Shown piece after piece: positions 38,895-52,386 of a DNA stretch of 64,000 nucleotides (position 1 is the first letter of the stretch; each line of letters opens with the position of its first letter). The notes under the pieces were generated by a model that was not told the DNA's origin, did no database searches, and was given only the letters and a program-made list of their open reading frames with translations. Source of the DNA: Ostrea edulis (taxonomy: Eukaryota). A program made the translations under genes and the position numbers. The DNA is taken from assembly GCF_947568905.1 (NCBI RefSeq), contig NC_079171.1:44826001-44890000 (forward strand), read 5' to 3'.

Positions 38895-41875
38895 AATGTT
38901 GTTGTTGACATAACTGTCCTCAACTTTTTACCTTTTTTGCTGGAGAGTGTGATAAAAATTCCGGGAAATCGTTCGCGTTGCCATAGAATTTCTACTTAAG
39001 TGTTTCATTTTTCTAAGATTGAAACTTAAGAATTATGCTTAACATTTATATTAATTAATACTTAAGTAGTAAAAAAATTCTTAGCTAAGAAAAAAACTTA
39101 AGTATGAGATCTAAGAATTTTCTTAGAATCTTTATGAATCCCGGCCCTGATGCCGAGCGTTTGGCGATGGAACTGTCACTACCTATTTTAATGACTTAGG
39201 TCTGTCGCGGCCGGGATTCAAACCCCGGCCTTCCGCATGCGGGGCGAACGCTCTAATCTCTCGGCCACCGCGGCGGTTGCGGGTATAATTGGACGGTACA
39301 ACACAATATGAATATAAAGTTTGTTGTAAACCAGTTGAACGTGGTGACTTTCCTCACGCTTTTCTTTGATGATACGCACCAGCGTTTTTCTTTCATGATA
39401 CATGTACGCACCAGCGCTTTTCTTTCTGCCACTATCTCGGGTGGAAATTCTTCATTTATATAAAAGTTAGTTTTACGTATACATGTATTTCCATATTTTG
39501 TATTGTTTAATTAATTTGAGGACATGTTTATTGATATGGTGAGGATAACCCTCTTTATGGTGTAACACTGAGTTCTTGTCCTTAAAGGGAAAAAATTACA
39601 TGATAAATGATAGGATTAATTATTTGATAAAGATTTGTCATACTATTCTTTTGATATACGGCCTTAATAGATAAGCTTCAGTACTAATTTTAAAACGTTA
39701 AAAAAAAAATGAAATTCCCGCCATCTATTGAGGCTGCCATGATGCGAAACTCTTTTTTATTCACGACCACAAAAGTCAATAATTTTTAACGTCACACCGT
39801 CGATTCCGGTTTTGATGAGATCAAAGATGTGCATGTGGTAGATTTTACGAATACATTGTAAAGAGATGGATGCCTTCAAGCAGTTAATTACACGAATGCG
39901 AAGGGGAGATGTGAAATTGAAAAAAACACAGTCCAAATCCTCTCTACTGACAGCAAGTACACCCTTAAACGGCACAAAACACCCTAATACAGTGTTACTT
40001 ACAAGCCGATAAAGTGATAATTGTTTGTTTGTCAATTAAATCTAATCTGTTTATGAAATGCCTAACAACTGTTTTCAAATCACGCTCGAGGTCGCATATG
40101 ACGTCACAGATAATGGCGCGTAAAATATCGAAGAAAATATGCATATCGCAAGATTTGAATTTCATCGCTTTCAAACTAGAAAACTACGCAAACTGTTTCA
40201 TTTAAAACACATGTAAAGTAGTTTTAGGCATGAAATGAATTAATTTTGCTGAAAAAAATAAAAAGTTTAAAAACATGCGAGGTGTCCTTTAACTGTTCGT
40301 GAATTGTCATGTTTACAGTGCTGCTAATGAAATAAAACGGAACCGACGGTGTGACGTATTAAATTAAACTTCAATGGTCGCTCTCTTAACGGTGGGTAAT
40401 TTGAAATGTAAGATAGATTAATATTGATTTAATTGTTAAGCAAGGACTTTTGTTGTTAAAGACTGTCATTTACGATAACAGTAAGTAATACTTTATTCAT
40501 AAAGGCAACAATGTGGTTAGGGTTGCCTTTCCCTTTAAGAGTAGCACTCCCGGACAAATAGTCGATGATCAATATTAATGATAAAAGTGTTGGACAGGTG
40601 AAAATTCAATCGGTCTAAATTGATTTTCATCAGTTTTATCTGACGGCCTGGTGCTTTCGGGATAGATTGGTATGGAATCTTCCAAAGCCATCAATTTATA
40701 TGACCTTGACCTTTAAATCTTGTGAAGAATAAGTATTTTTCATTTCATGTAGGAAATACGGGGTTGAAAGACAAAATGTCTTTTTTTTTTTATTGAAACC
40801 ACAATACTGTTACATTTCATTATTAACTATGGATCATCTGTGGCCCAAACACTAAGCTTCTTTCTCCATCTGACACAAAATGTTTATCTGCTTTGTTTAT
40901 AACTTCCAATCTATAAATGCCATCATTTCTAACCATAAACTTTCAATAATGATATTTTTACTTTGAGGTTTTTTCCTCTCTGAGATAAAATAGTACAACA
41001 TGTGCCTTCTATGGCATCACTTTATTATTAAACCCATTCATGACTGTGACCTTTCAACTCCAAAATCTCTGTTGACCTTATACATTGTATAACTGTATGA
41101 AATCTGAATTGCGAGTGCATGCATATATCTAGTTCTGAAATTGACTTAGAACTTTATAATGTAGTCATCATGGGAGTTATCATTATGAAGACTCTTTGTA
41201 AGACTGGTCCTTTCCCCTTTTGACAGGGAAGGAATATTGCCCCATTTACTGGTAAAACGTTTCCCCACTCCTAAGTTGGTAGATTCCCCTACAAAACATT
41301 GGAATAGAAATTACAAAAAAAGTGTCTTTTTAAAAAAAAAAACATATTGTATTATAATTTTCTATTATTATGATTAGGGGGCCCCCTATAGCCTCCAAAT
41401 TTCCCCTTATTCATAACATGGGTACAGTGTAGTAATAAGCTTGATAAAACACAGGTATACTTATACAAGCAAGTAGCTACATCCCCTACAAATTCAAGTC
41501 GCAGAGGGATAAAATGTATTCCCTGTCACATTCTTTAATGGAAAAAATGTCAAACTTGTTACTAGTAAGTGAACTTGCCCCTTCTTTCATTTTACAACTT
41601 TATAAATACCTGTTGAGTGGTAAGTACATCGCAATCTGCTTAAGTATATTGTTGCTATGTCAAACGTCATTTCCGCTTTCACTTTACCGTAAACACAGAT
41701 TGCATGGAGTTGAACATTTTCTTGATAAGTCTCTTGTATCGCTAATAAATGATGAAATGCTATAATTTTTTGTGTTATGCAAGGTTAATAAAATAAATAG
41801 ACCAAAAATCAAATGTCGTTTTATATGACGTTATATCCGATTTTATCGTCTGTATCTGCATTGATCCTTGAAAAT

Positions 41876-42173
41876 ATGGCAGAAAGAGAAGGTGTCATTA
41901 CAGACAACTAAGAAAAGAAAACCGAATTGGACAGCAGATGAATGCTTGTTTTTTAAGCAAGTGTGTAGAAGAACATAAAAGTATCCTTCGAGCTAAATTC
42001 GGAACGGGGGTTACGACGTTAAAGAAACGGGAGATTTGGAGGAAAATCAGATGCCATCAATGCCTCTTCCTCCACCAAGCGAACGATGGAGGAGGTTGAG
42101 AAGAAATGGCACAATATACAAATGAAGGGGAAAGCAGAGCTGGCAGACGCACGACGTAGTGTGAAACAAACTG
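41876..42173 (+). pseudogene. Frameshifted Myb/SANT (Harbinger-type) exon
   Basis: Across frameshifts reads KRKPNWTADECL..SKCVEEHKSILRAKF...KKREIW..DAINA...RTMEEVEKKWHNIQMKGK, then a GT donor. Confidence 0.75.
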
Positions 42174-44575
42174 GTAAACGAATTTATATTAAATCTATAT
42201 AGTATATATATAGTATGCATTTCAAATTTGCTTGAAAAACATACACGAACAAGACAGGCACTAAATCCATTCCCCGTAATGTGCTGATGATCAACTATAT
42301 TTCTTTACTATCGCATTTATAAATAAATAGATCTTATAGGTTCCAGGTTTTCATAAACTTCCTAGACCTTGGCACTCAGGGTAGCCTAATTGTATGTTAT
42401 CTTACCGTACCATCGAGTATGTATCCAAATAGGCCCAATATCATATGTTGTTTCTGTATTCAGCAATCAAATCCTCAAGAATTCTTTCTAGTATAAAAAA
42501 AAATGTAATTATGCATCCATGTGCTTAATTTAACCATATCAATGCGTTATATGTACATCTATGCTAAAAAAATGATGAAAAATAATGGAGGACTCTTAAA
42601 ATAAGAAGTTCAAATATACTGTACATATGTTTGTGAGTAAATCTGTCTCAGCATAATTATCTTACATTAGTTTAACTGTATTTTGAACAAAAAACATGAT
42701 GAATTGTAGAATTTCAGATTAAAAAACAAGTGCATATATGCAGTTAAACTTATACATATTAATTCGTCTCTCATATATATGTTAACTAAAGGTGACAATA
42801 AATAGCAAGTGAACAAAAATAATCCTGAAAATAGTTTTGACAATAAATAGCAAGTGAACAAAGATAATTCTGAAAAATAGAGAGAAAAAAAAGGTTCAAC
42901 TGGAATAATTCTAAATTCAGTGAATTACACAAGAAAAGGCACGATATATGATAATACATGAATCACACAAAATTTAATATGAATATTTACATGTGCTTGT
43001 ATGACATTATGAACGATATACGCAAAAACAAAAATCACGAGCAAGAAGCAAATTATTAAATGATGACAAAGGGGCAAACAATAAGTAAAATATGAAGTTA
43101 GGCTAAAAAAAAAATATGTTTCCACTTTCCAGAACTACCCAAAAAATTTCTGTTGATCACAACACATTTTTGTTTTCATTGTCACATTTTGCAAATGTTA
43201 TCACTACAACAAGAGTATGTTGATTTATTTATTAAGTTATTTATCATTATTAATACTAGACACACCTTGTATAGATATTATTTATTTTTTCTAAGAAATA
43301 CTTATTGTCTAATTTCATAAAGAAAATAATAAATTATAAATTCACCAGCATTTTTACTCATAATCTTGTAAATATTATAATAATCAAGTTTCCAGAATGT
43401 CTCTCCTTTTTGTATTTTTCGGATTTTAGTAAAACCCTATACTGTTGGCCACTTCCTGTTATTAGCCTGACCCTACATATAATGGCGGTCAAATTAAATT
43501 GTCAACAATATGTCTTAATGTGTACCTGTAAACATATACTTCGCTGCATATCTGCTATAATATGGATGCCTCTATTGTTTTACATATTCTTTACAAAAGC
43601 TTTTGCATATGCAGTGGTTTAGAGAATAAAACTGAAGAAAAAAAAAACGTATTTACTCTTTGTCAGCAATATACGGTAACCTTTTTTTTAAATGGCTTAA
43701 TTTCCCTAGATTTCAAATTGGGAAAAACATATTTAAAATGCAACTATGGCGCAGGGCACGTGCTTATCCCAATCACTGACAGTTACTGCCTTGTTATGCA
43801 CCTAAAAAAAAATATGAATGAAAGAAACTGAAAATGTAGATGTTTACCAAAATTTAAAATTTATATATATATATATATATATATAACATATATAATACAC
43901 AAACACACACGTGTGTGTGTGTGTGTGTGTGTAAGCAATCATGATTTACAGGAAAACCAGTGAAATACCAAAATAATATTTCATTTATGATGTACATTTT
44001 TAAAAATATACAAAAAATATGCAATTAATATACCCCTGGTACTTACTTTTTTTGATGGATTTCTGAGCCTTTATTGGCTGTCTAAAAAAGATTTTATAAA
44101 ATTTATAATCTTATTAAAAAGTTGATAAAAAGAGTTAAAATTCACAAATATAATTGATATGTAGTTAACCATAATATGATTCTTAAGGATTAATGTTCAA
44201 AACACATTTTAATGGAATTCAAATTGCTTTTACTACAGAATAGGCCTATGAACCTTATGAAACAGGCAAATGAGTATGATATCCCATATGGTCTCAATAT
44301 GAAATTTTTTTGCACAGGTGTATTATCTCAAACGAAAATATGAATTTGAAGCATACCTGGGTGATTCAGATGACTTAAATATTACTTACATTTCAACAAT
44401 TTTGTCTCTTTTCCTTTTTCCTTCCATTTTGATTCCAGATATAAAAATATTTTCTGGGAATAGTTTCTCTATATTTTCTTTTGATATTTTTAAAAGATCC
44501 CCATCAATCTCTACCAAGTTACTGGAAAGAAACCTTCAGAATTTAGAATTTATTACATGTATATGCACCTTATTA

Positions 44576-45037
44576 GGCCAATTCAACTTAATTGATAGAT
44601 TATCATCCCTGCCCGCCCCTCAAAAATTGGCCCGCCCCGAATTTTTTTATTTTGCAAAACTTGCGATTTCCGGAATAGTTTCATGTCCGATTCTGGTATT
44701 TACACTTCTTGTTTACATTGGAACGTGAAAAGCCACGTGAAGAAAATAGATTTATATGGTTTTCTTAATTTCTCGCGTTCTCATAGACGTAAATCTTATT
44801 TATATTTATGTTTCTGTTATATCCTTAAATGAAAGCTTAACCTGGAATTAGTGTATGAAAATAGCATAGATTAATATCCATCTGACATTAAAGATGCAGA
44901 TCTGTTGGAAAAAAAAACACTCGTTTCTCTTTAATACTTTTCTCACAAAATAAAAATATAAAAAATTAAATCCTCTCGCCCGCCCCATACGTTTTGCTGA
45001 CCCTGGATGATAATCTACTAATTAAGTTGAATTGGCC
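44576..45037. mobile_element. Tourist/Harbinger-type MITE
   Basis: 33-bp TIRs GGCCAATTCAACTTAATT(GA/AG)TAGATTATCATCC; TTA TSD on both sides. Confidence 0.85.
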
Positions 45038-45321
45038 TTAAATGAAATCAGTTATGTCAATGTTTACTTCAAAGATGTAATTCAGAATTTTCTTATCCCC
45101 ATAATTAAAATTTAGAGTTGTATACATTTTGGTTTGTGTGTGTATGTTTATCTGAAAGAATAAACTTTATAGCTATAGGCCATAACTCTGTAAATGATAA
45201 GGCTTTCATTTTCTTGTTTCACAATCTTTCCTTTGGTACTAAACTTATTTCACTATATATATATATATATAAAAATTAGAAAATTTATAAATACTAAGAT
45301 ATATGTGTGTGTGATAATTAC

Positions 45322-47843
45322 TTTTCAAACGAGACTGACTCTATCTCGCCACTAAATTGGAGCTCTGCACATTCTTCTTCTGATATTTCCTGTAAAATAA
45401 ATAAACAAAATTGATTGATATTTTTCACCACACTCAACAATTTCATTTTATTAATCTAGTGGCGCCCAGTTTTTATTCATGGAAGAGAGAACCCAGATAT
45501 AATATACCTGGGAAAAGACCACTGACCTTCCGAAAGTAAACTAAAATACTTTCTCACTTACCTACGTATGCAGGATTTAAACCTGCACCAATAAAGACAA
45601 GAGATCGTGTGATTTTAAGCGCAATGCTTTAACCACATGGCCACGGAGACCTCCGAAATAAAACTGAAAATGGTTAAATGTCCTTATATCTAATGTTTAA
45701 AATCCTCAATTTATTTGTATTTCTATTTGTCTGAAAAGATTTATTTAATTACCTGGAAAGTTATTGATATGGTTGAATTATAAGACCGTTGATAATTAAA
45801 ATCATTTCCGGGCTTTATTGCGAATACGTTGTACGTTTTGTTCAACTGTATGTCCAAATTTTGCGCAGGTTTCCCCCATAATGTTAGGAGAGCAGTTCTC
45901 CCACCATGGCCAATCTGAACTGCTCTCCTAACCATGTTTTTTGTTTGCAGTTCTCCAATCTGTGAAATAAAAAAAATATGACATTTTTATCACAGCATTG
46001 TAAATTTTTATTGTCCAATGAATGAATACATGTATCAACATTTAATTAACCATGAGTTATGTCCTTTTACAGGGTCAACAATAAATCAATTAGTGAGAAA
46101 ACAGGTTTTCCTTTCAGAGTTTCAAAAAAGTGGTCAATATGAGTATTGACTAGGCTGATGGTCATTACTGGTTAAAAGCGGTCAATACTGGTTAATATTA
46201 GTATATAGTCTATTTTTATTATTAGTTATTTTAAATGTTTAAGTGGCCATTATGGTAAATACTGTAATTCATAACATGCACTATTAGTTTATGATATATA
46301 CTTATAAGTCATAATTTAAAATTAATAATGTAAATGAATGTTTAATTGAAGAAGATGTAATGATTTTTGTTCAGATTCCTTAGTTTTACAACTACCTTAC
46401 AATTGTTTAACATCTTCATTTTAACTGTTAAATAAACATTTAAGGTAGCTCCATCCTCATGTGACTTATCAATATTAATGGTTAAAAGTGTAAAAACCTT
46501 ATTAATTTCCACTTAATATAGTTTAATTCAATTAATAACCAAAGAAAATGTATATGTTACCACCTTCTTAAAGATATGTCAGACATACAAAAACAGAAGT
46601 ATAAATCACACATTTTCGTGAAACAGAATAAGAATAGATAAAAAGTTGTTGAAATGACAAAATTTAAATATCAACAGTTTTAAAAAAACTGCTAATTCAT
46701 AAATATGTATAGATTAATCATGGATATTAGAGAAACCAATGTATAATAAACATCCAGTTGAGGAAATGTTATTGTTATGAAAACATTAATCTCTATATAA
46801 CAGATATTTCTTATATGTCATGTCGATTTTGGAAATTCCTTTGGTGAATCACTGTATGTTAATTATCTTTCATTTAATACTAAATTTTGCATTACAAAAC
46901 AATCAATTATTGAAAAAATAATTAGGGGTTTTATGGATCAGATAGCTTAAACTTGTGAATGTAATGAAAAATATTAATCAACAATTGATCCATATAATGA
47001 AAAGACTTATCTTCATCTCTGCAGGAAATGTACAAAAATAGGAAAATTAACAAGTTTAAATCACAATTGATCAGTATGAACCACTTGGGTATTACTGGAA
47101 CGGTTAAAACCACTGGTTGTAACGGCCCAACCCCGTTTTCTTTGCTGATTTTAAAATACAAGATAGGTAGTTATTCTGATTTTATCTCATGTGAGCACTT
47201 TGTTTAATGTCAATTTCTGTTTAGTCATCTGTTAATTTTTAACTCATCTGAGTAAACTCAGAAAACAATCAGAATCAATCTGCATCTGTCGTGAGATGTC
47301 CATTGTATGTTTACATTTTTAACTTCTTCATATTATGTTTATGTTATATATATTATGTAAAGCCTTTCATCAATATACATGTAGGTACTTTCAAGGGCAT
47401 TAACTAATCTTTTCTTATAATCACTATAATTTTAACTTGGATATTCAGAACAAGAATCTTTTTTCTCAATATTTCATAGTCCGTAGGAGTAATGATGCTT
47501 TTATCTATTACTCGGATAACAGATGAGGTCTGTCAACCTCTTTATCATAGGAATAAACATTTTAAAAACTATTATTATATTAAAAACAGAAGTTAAACAG
47601 TATAGCCATTATCATAAGGAATATAATGTCATTGTATTTAAATTCACTGCAAGATGGCAGATAAGGGATTTATTGGCATGAAATATGCAAAATACATACT
47701 TCCAGGATTTCCACTGGCCCTATTGATGTTCTTTTATAATTTTCGATTGTTGCTGCATCATTCAAAGAAAGTAATGGAGGAGTATAAAACTCCTCCATTA
47801 CTTTTTTCTCCGTTTCATTTAAAATGAATTTCGTATCCATGAT
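45322..47843 (-). CDS. Partial spliced gene, putative RPA-like OB-fold protein (exons 47700-47843, 45753-45959, 45322-45389)
   Basis: GT-AG boundaries with compatible phase-0 joins; RAVQIGHGGRTALLTLWG....LDIQLNKTYNVFAIK...YNST resembles OB-fold D.TG.I.LTLWG. Start and end not found. Confidence 0.45.
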
Positions 47844-48910
47844 CTGAAACAAAAGTACATTGAGATGTATAAATTTGTAAATTCTGATTATTTTCAGAAA
47901 CATTGAAATTATGACAGATTTACATAAATTTTTAATTTAAGATCCAAAGAACTATTTATTGTCAAAAATATGCCTTCTGAGGCTTCTCTGTTACAGAGGC
48001 AGACATTTTTATATTTTCTCTCCATCTGTCACCAAATATTTTTAATGTAAAGCTACATGTTCATCAATGTATGCAATGTTAAAGGGACAGATTCAAAATT
48101 TCCCCCCAAATTTTGTTTTCCACTTTAAATGATCAAAATCTATAGTCTCTCATATATTGAGAAATTAAAGGTTAATTAATCATGACAGAAGCTCATTATA
48201 AAGAGTTTAGTATTTGTTTTGAAAACAAAGATTAATGTGTGTTATTGTTTACGAAGTTTTCAAAATAAATGGATATTTATCCAAGTTTATTAGATATATT
48301 TCATTTCAATTATACTTTAGGTAAAATGTGTCATTTCAAAGTTAGAATTTATGATTTTACAAAATGAAGATGCTTTAAATTACAAAATTCAGGTTTCACT
48401 GGTTTGTTTATTTACATAAAAAGATTCGAGTCTTTGTTTACACAACACAAAATCAAAGCTTAAAGATACTGCTCTTATCCTTGCATTTAAACAGTCCAAA
48501 TTTTAGTTGCCAACATTAAATGAGTTATATTTTTAACATTAAAAACGAAAAATATTTTTGGAAAAACGTGAACCAATCCCTTTAAGGGCATTAAAGATTT
48601 AAGAACACACCCTGTTTCATACTGTTGATGAACATTAGAATTTATCTTAAGATACTCAGAACAGGAAATTATTTTTAAATTCCACAGGCCTTCAGGACTA
48701 ATGATACTTTTAACCAGTATAATCAAGCGACTGATATGACCTGTGGACCTCTTGTTTTTAAATTCAGGATGCGTGTGAAATAAATTATGAACACTTATTA
48801 AATACAAATTATATTTTGAATTTAACATTGCTACAGATTTAATGAAATATATGGTTTTTAAAAAATGCATATTATCAAGTCATGGAAAGTATAGGAATAT
48901 ATATGTAATA

Positions 48911-48914
<4 letters not shown>

Positions 48915-48971
<57 letters not shown>
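48915..48971. repeat. (TA)n microsatellite
   Basis: Uninterrupted TA run of ~57 bp. Confidence 0.95.
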
Positions 48972-48975
<4 letters not shown>

Positions 48976-51945
48976 TTATTGAATAACAATTTTCACTTTA
49001 TTTGGATACTCACTTCCACCCCTGCCCGGGGTGTTTATCCAAATAATTTGAAATTCAATGTGTAGTTATGTTAATTTAAGAGTTCATTTCTATTTGCATG
49101 CTTATATATATATGTGTGGGGGGTGTGTATGTGTGTGTGTGTTTGTAAGCCCTGTCAATTGAACCAGTGAATAAGAAGGCACACGTGTAAATCAACACGG
49201 GGTCAGCCAAAGGAACACGGAAATGGTGGTGTTCAGTTGGATTTTTATAAAAATCAGCATAAAATCATCAAATATGTCATCTACCATCAAAATCCTGAAG
49301 TGTTTACTTAACAGGATTTATGAGATGTGTGTAACAGGTGTGTAAAGATTTAGCACTCGTCCATCTTTTTTCCTTGCGAGCATGGCTTACACACTTTCGA
49401 AGTGCGCATGCTCTGTTTTAAATGACGTCATTTGTGATATCATCATAATGGAGTTTTCCAGGGAAAGAAGTTGGCCCATCTGAGGTAAGTAAACACGGTT
49501 GAAAGAATTTTTTTGCATATTATCAATGGGTTTTTTTATTACATAGACTGATTAAATGTACCCGAGTTACTGAAAATTTCGATGATAAAAGTGATAAATC
49601 TGCGTGAACTGTTTGGTTTTTTTTTTTCTTTTTGAAATATAATCTTTGCAGTTAATGTACTCTGTATACTAAGAATTCATATTGATTTTGGATAGAATTT
49701 CACAAAAAGATTTGCGCCAGGTCCTTAGGAATCAACCCCCCTACCCCACCCCCCACACGCGCATTTTTTGGATGATTGGAACGTATACCCCTTTACATCT
49801 GTCTCCCTACTTTGAAGTTTTTTCCAACGCCATGACATAAATAATAAATAGATAAATAAATAAAAATGCAAAAATAAAAAAGAAAGATGTATATGTATTC
49901 GGATTGGCATGTTCCACTTTGTCCGGGTTGAAATCCCTGAGGATGCAAATGTACATTACGCCGCACTGCTTGCAGTACGTACATGGTACAGGCGTACCGC
50001 ATAGGTATGTAACTACTAAGACTATAAACCAAACAGAATATCATATGTAAAACTATTACTCTGAATGCGTTTTACTTGTTTACAATGTAGCCTGTCAGGC
50101 TGTGGTGTCACACGCGTGGTTTACACGTGCACTTTAGGTGGCAGTGGAGGAAATTCGAACGATGTATGGATTATTGTCTCCTGGTAACTTTGGCAGTTAC
50201 CTTTTGCTTTCAATCTACTTTTTAAGAATAATTCAACCCTCGCTAATCATTCCCAAGCTGCATTTCGATCTTGGAAGAATGATCTTCAGCTACAATACAA
50301 AATTAAGGGATGATGTTGTGTACTGAGTTTTTCTTGATTGTTTACATCTGTGATTGTTTATGTGATGTATAAACTGATCAAGCTGTACAGTGTCATGACA
50401 TATAGTGGCATAGCTTCCATTTATATGCTTGCGCATCATTTTGTCAGAAGAAGAAATTTCTAAAATTAAGATTGTTAACATGTATATGATTATATGTGTT
50501 TGTTTGATTTTAGTATAATACCTGTAGAGAATATTTCAGTAATATGAAGTGCGACACATTTAGACGCATGCATGTGGTGTTTAAAGGTCTCATCTGAAAG
50601 ACCAGCAACTTTCTCTTTTGAATGCTAAATATGACGATGGAGCATTCACCTCACTAACTACATTTACACCCTAAATAAAGTACATTAGCATGGTTCGAAA
50701 CCATGATTTCTTCATCATGAAGCAAATGCTCTGTTACCACTGAGCTACCAATTTTTTAACAAGAATTCATAGCTAAAAATTTTAAAAATTTATAACTAAT
50801 TTTTTGGTTAATTCCATAAATATTATTCCTCTCTCTAGACACAATTCTGGGTAACCCCCTGCCTTTGGGGATATAAGCACATCATTTCTTTCAGAATGGG
50901 ACAATGTCAGGAGAGCTTTTGTTATTTGTTATACTCTTAGTGTTGATGGCATCTATGAACAACAGGATAATGTTTTTAGATTATTATTTCTGATATCATA
51001 TTTGTAAATTGTTTATGAGGGGTTGTTAAAGTTTGTGGACAAAAGGACACACTTATTAAAAATTCAAAGTTATGATAAGTAAAAAATATAGGAGATGTGT
51101 AACAAGATTGTAGATTTGAACATTTTAATTTTAATTAATTTTTATAAGTATTGATTTCAGATACATGTATGACATTGCATGCTTGATCGGGGAGGGGGGC
51201 TACAGTTAGATAATATTCTGGTCAGCACATTCGATAAACTGCAGTTGTACATGGAACTCATTAAATCACTTCTTTTTCTTTCAGTGGTCTTCAACTTTTA
51301 ATCTCCAAGAAGGAAATGTAATTAAAAGATGAATAAAGTATCCCTAAGAATACCAGAAGAAAGGCTGTGTTGAGAAAAATAGCCCTTCCTCAGTACCTCA
51401 GAACTAGATGATAGCCCTTGTTACTTTATGCTGAATATGACACAGTATAGAAGATCTGATCATAAAGAAGTTACACCATTGATACACTTGCCAACTGCCA
51501 AAACTACTTTCTGATAGTATGACGAGATTAGAAGATATCATGGTGTAGTCATAACACAAACTGCAAATCAAAGATTGTCTTCCCCAGAGGATGAACAGAG
51601 TGCTTCACATGGATAACATTTCCTTTTCGAGTTTTGAAATTAGTAAGTATACAAAATATTTTAGGCCACATAGTCATAAAATTAATTTTTAGATTTCCAT
51701 CCTTGCTTGGAAAAAAATGGGGCAGGTGGTGTATTTTTTTTATTTTTCAGAATATATATTTCTCGTTCATTATACTCGCATGTTGCTGTAGAGTGTAGAT
51801 TACTTCATTTTTTTTTTTTACATTGTTTTCTTTGGACAGAAAATTTTCAAAGGCAATATTATAATTGTTTTTAAGTGATTTTGAAGTACATTTTCATGTA
51901 ACACTGAAGTTGAACATTCTTTTGCGCTTTTTTGAATAATAGTAA

Positions 51946-52096
51946 TTTTTAGCTCACCTGAGCTGAAAGTTTAAATGAGCTTTTCCAATCCCCTGTTGTC
52001 TGTCTGCCTGTAAACTTTCACATTTCTGACTTCTTCTCAAGAACCACTGGCCCAATTTCAACCAAACTTGACAAAAAGCATCCTTTGTGAAGGGCT

Positions 52097-52127
<31 letters not shown>

Positions 52128-52386
52128 CCTTTCAAAGGGAAGATATAATTACAAAATTGCAAAAATAGGGTTGGGTCATTAAAAAATTTTCTCCTAAAGA
52201 ACCACTGGGCCAGAAGAGCTGAAATTTACATGAAAGCTTCCTGACATATTGCAGATTCAAGTTTGTTCAAATCATGGCCCCCGGGAGTAAGATGGGGCCA
52301 CAAGGGGGATCAAAGTTTTACATACAAATATATAGGGAAAAACTTTAAAAATCTTCTTCTCAAGAACCACTAAGCCAGAAAAGCTT
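51946..52386 (+). mobile_element. Truncated Helitron/Helentron-type element carrying ~2.5 monomers of Cg170-like (~166-bp) satellite
   Basis: Starts TTTTTAGCTCACCTGAGCTGAAAG; CTTCTCAAGAACCACTG-type motif recurs at ~165-bp spacing. Family recognised from memory of Crassostrea repeats. Confidence 0.7.

Larger units (their letters stand above)
37210..39146. mobile_element. Internally deleted PIF/Harbinger DNA transposon
   Basis: Perfect 19-bp TIRs GGCCGGGATTCATAAAGAT; 3-bp TSD CTG (37207-37209, 39147-39149); remnants of both Harbinger genes. Confidence 0.9.
37024..39276 (-). mobile_element. tRNA-derived SINE interrupted by a Harbinger insertion
   Basis: Head on the minus strand GCCGCGGTGGCCGAGAGATTAGAGCG...GGTTTGAATCCCGGCC (A/B boxes); body is continuous across the insertion (CACATCTG|ATGCCGAG). 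Confidence 0.75.

Noticed and set aside
39757-50481. Numerous 60-136-aa ORFs in the AT-rich host region
   Set aside because: Low-complexity, hydrophobic/AT-biased translations with no motifs, consistent with chance ORFs in introns and repeats.
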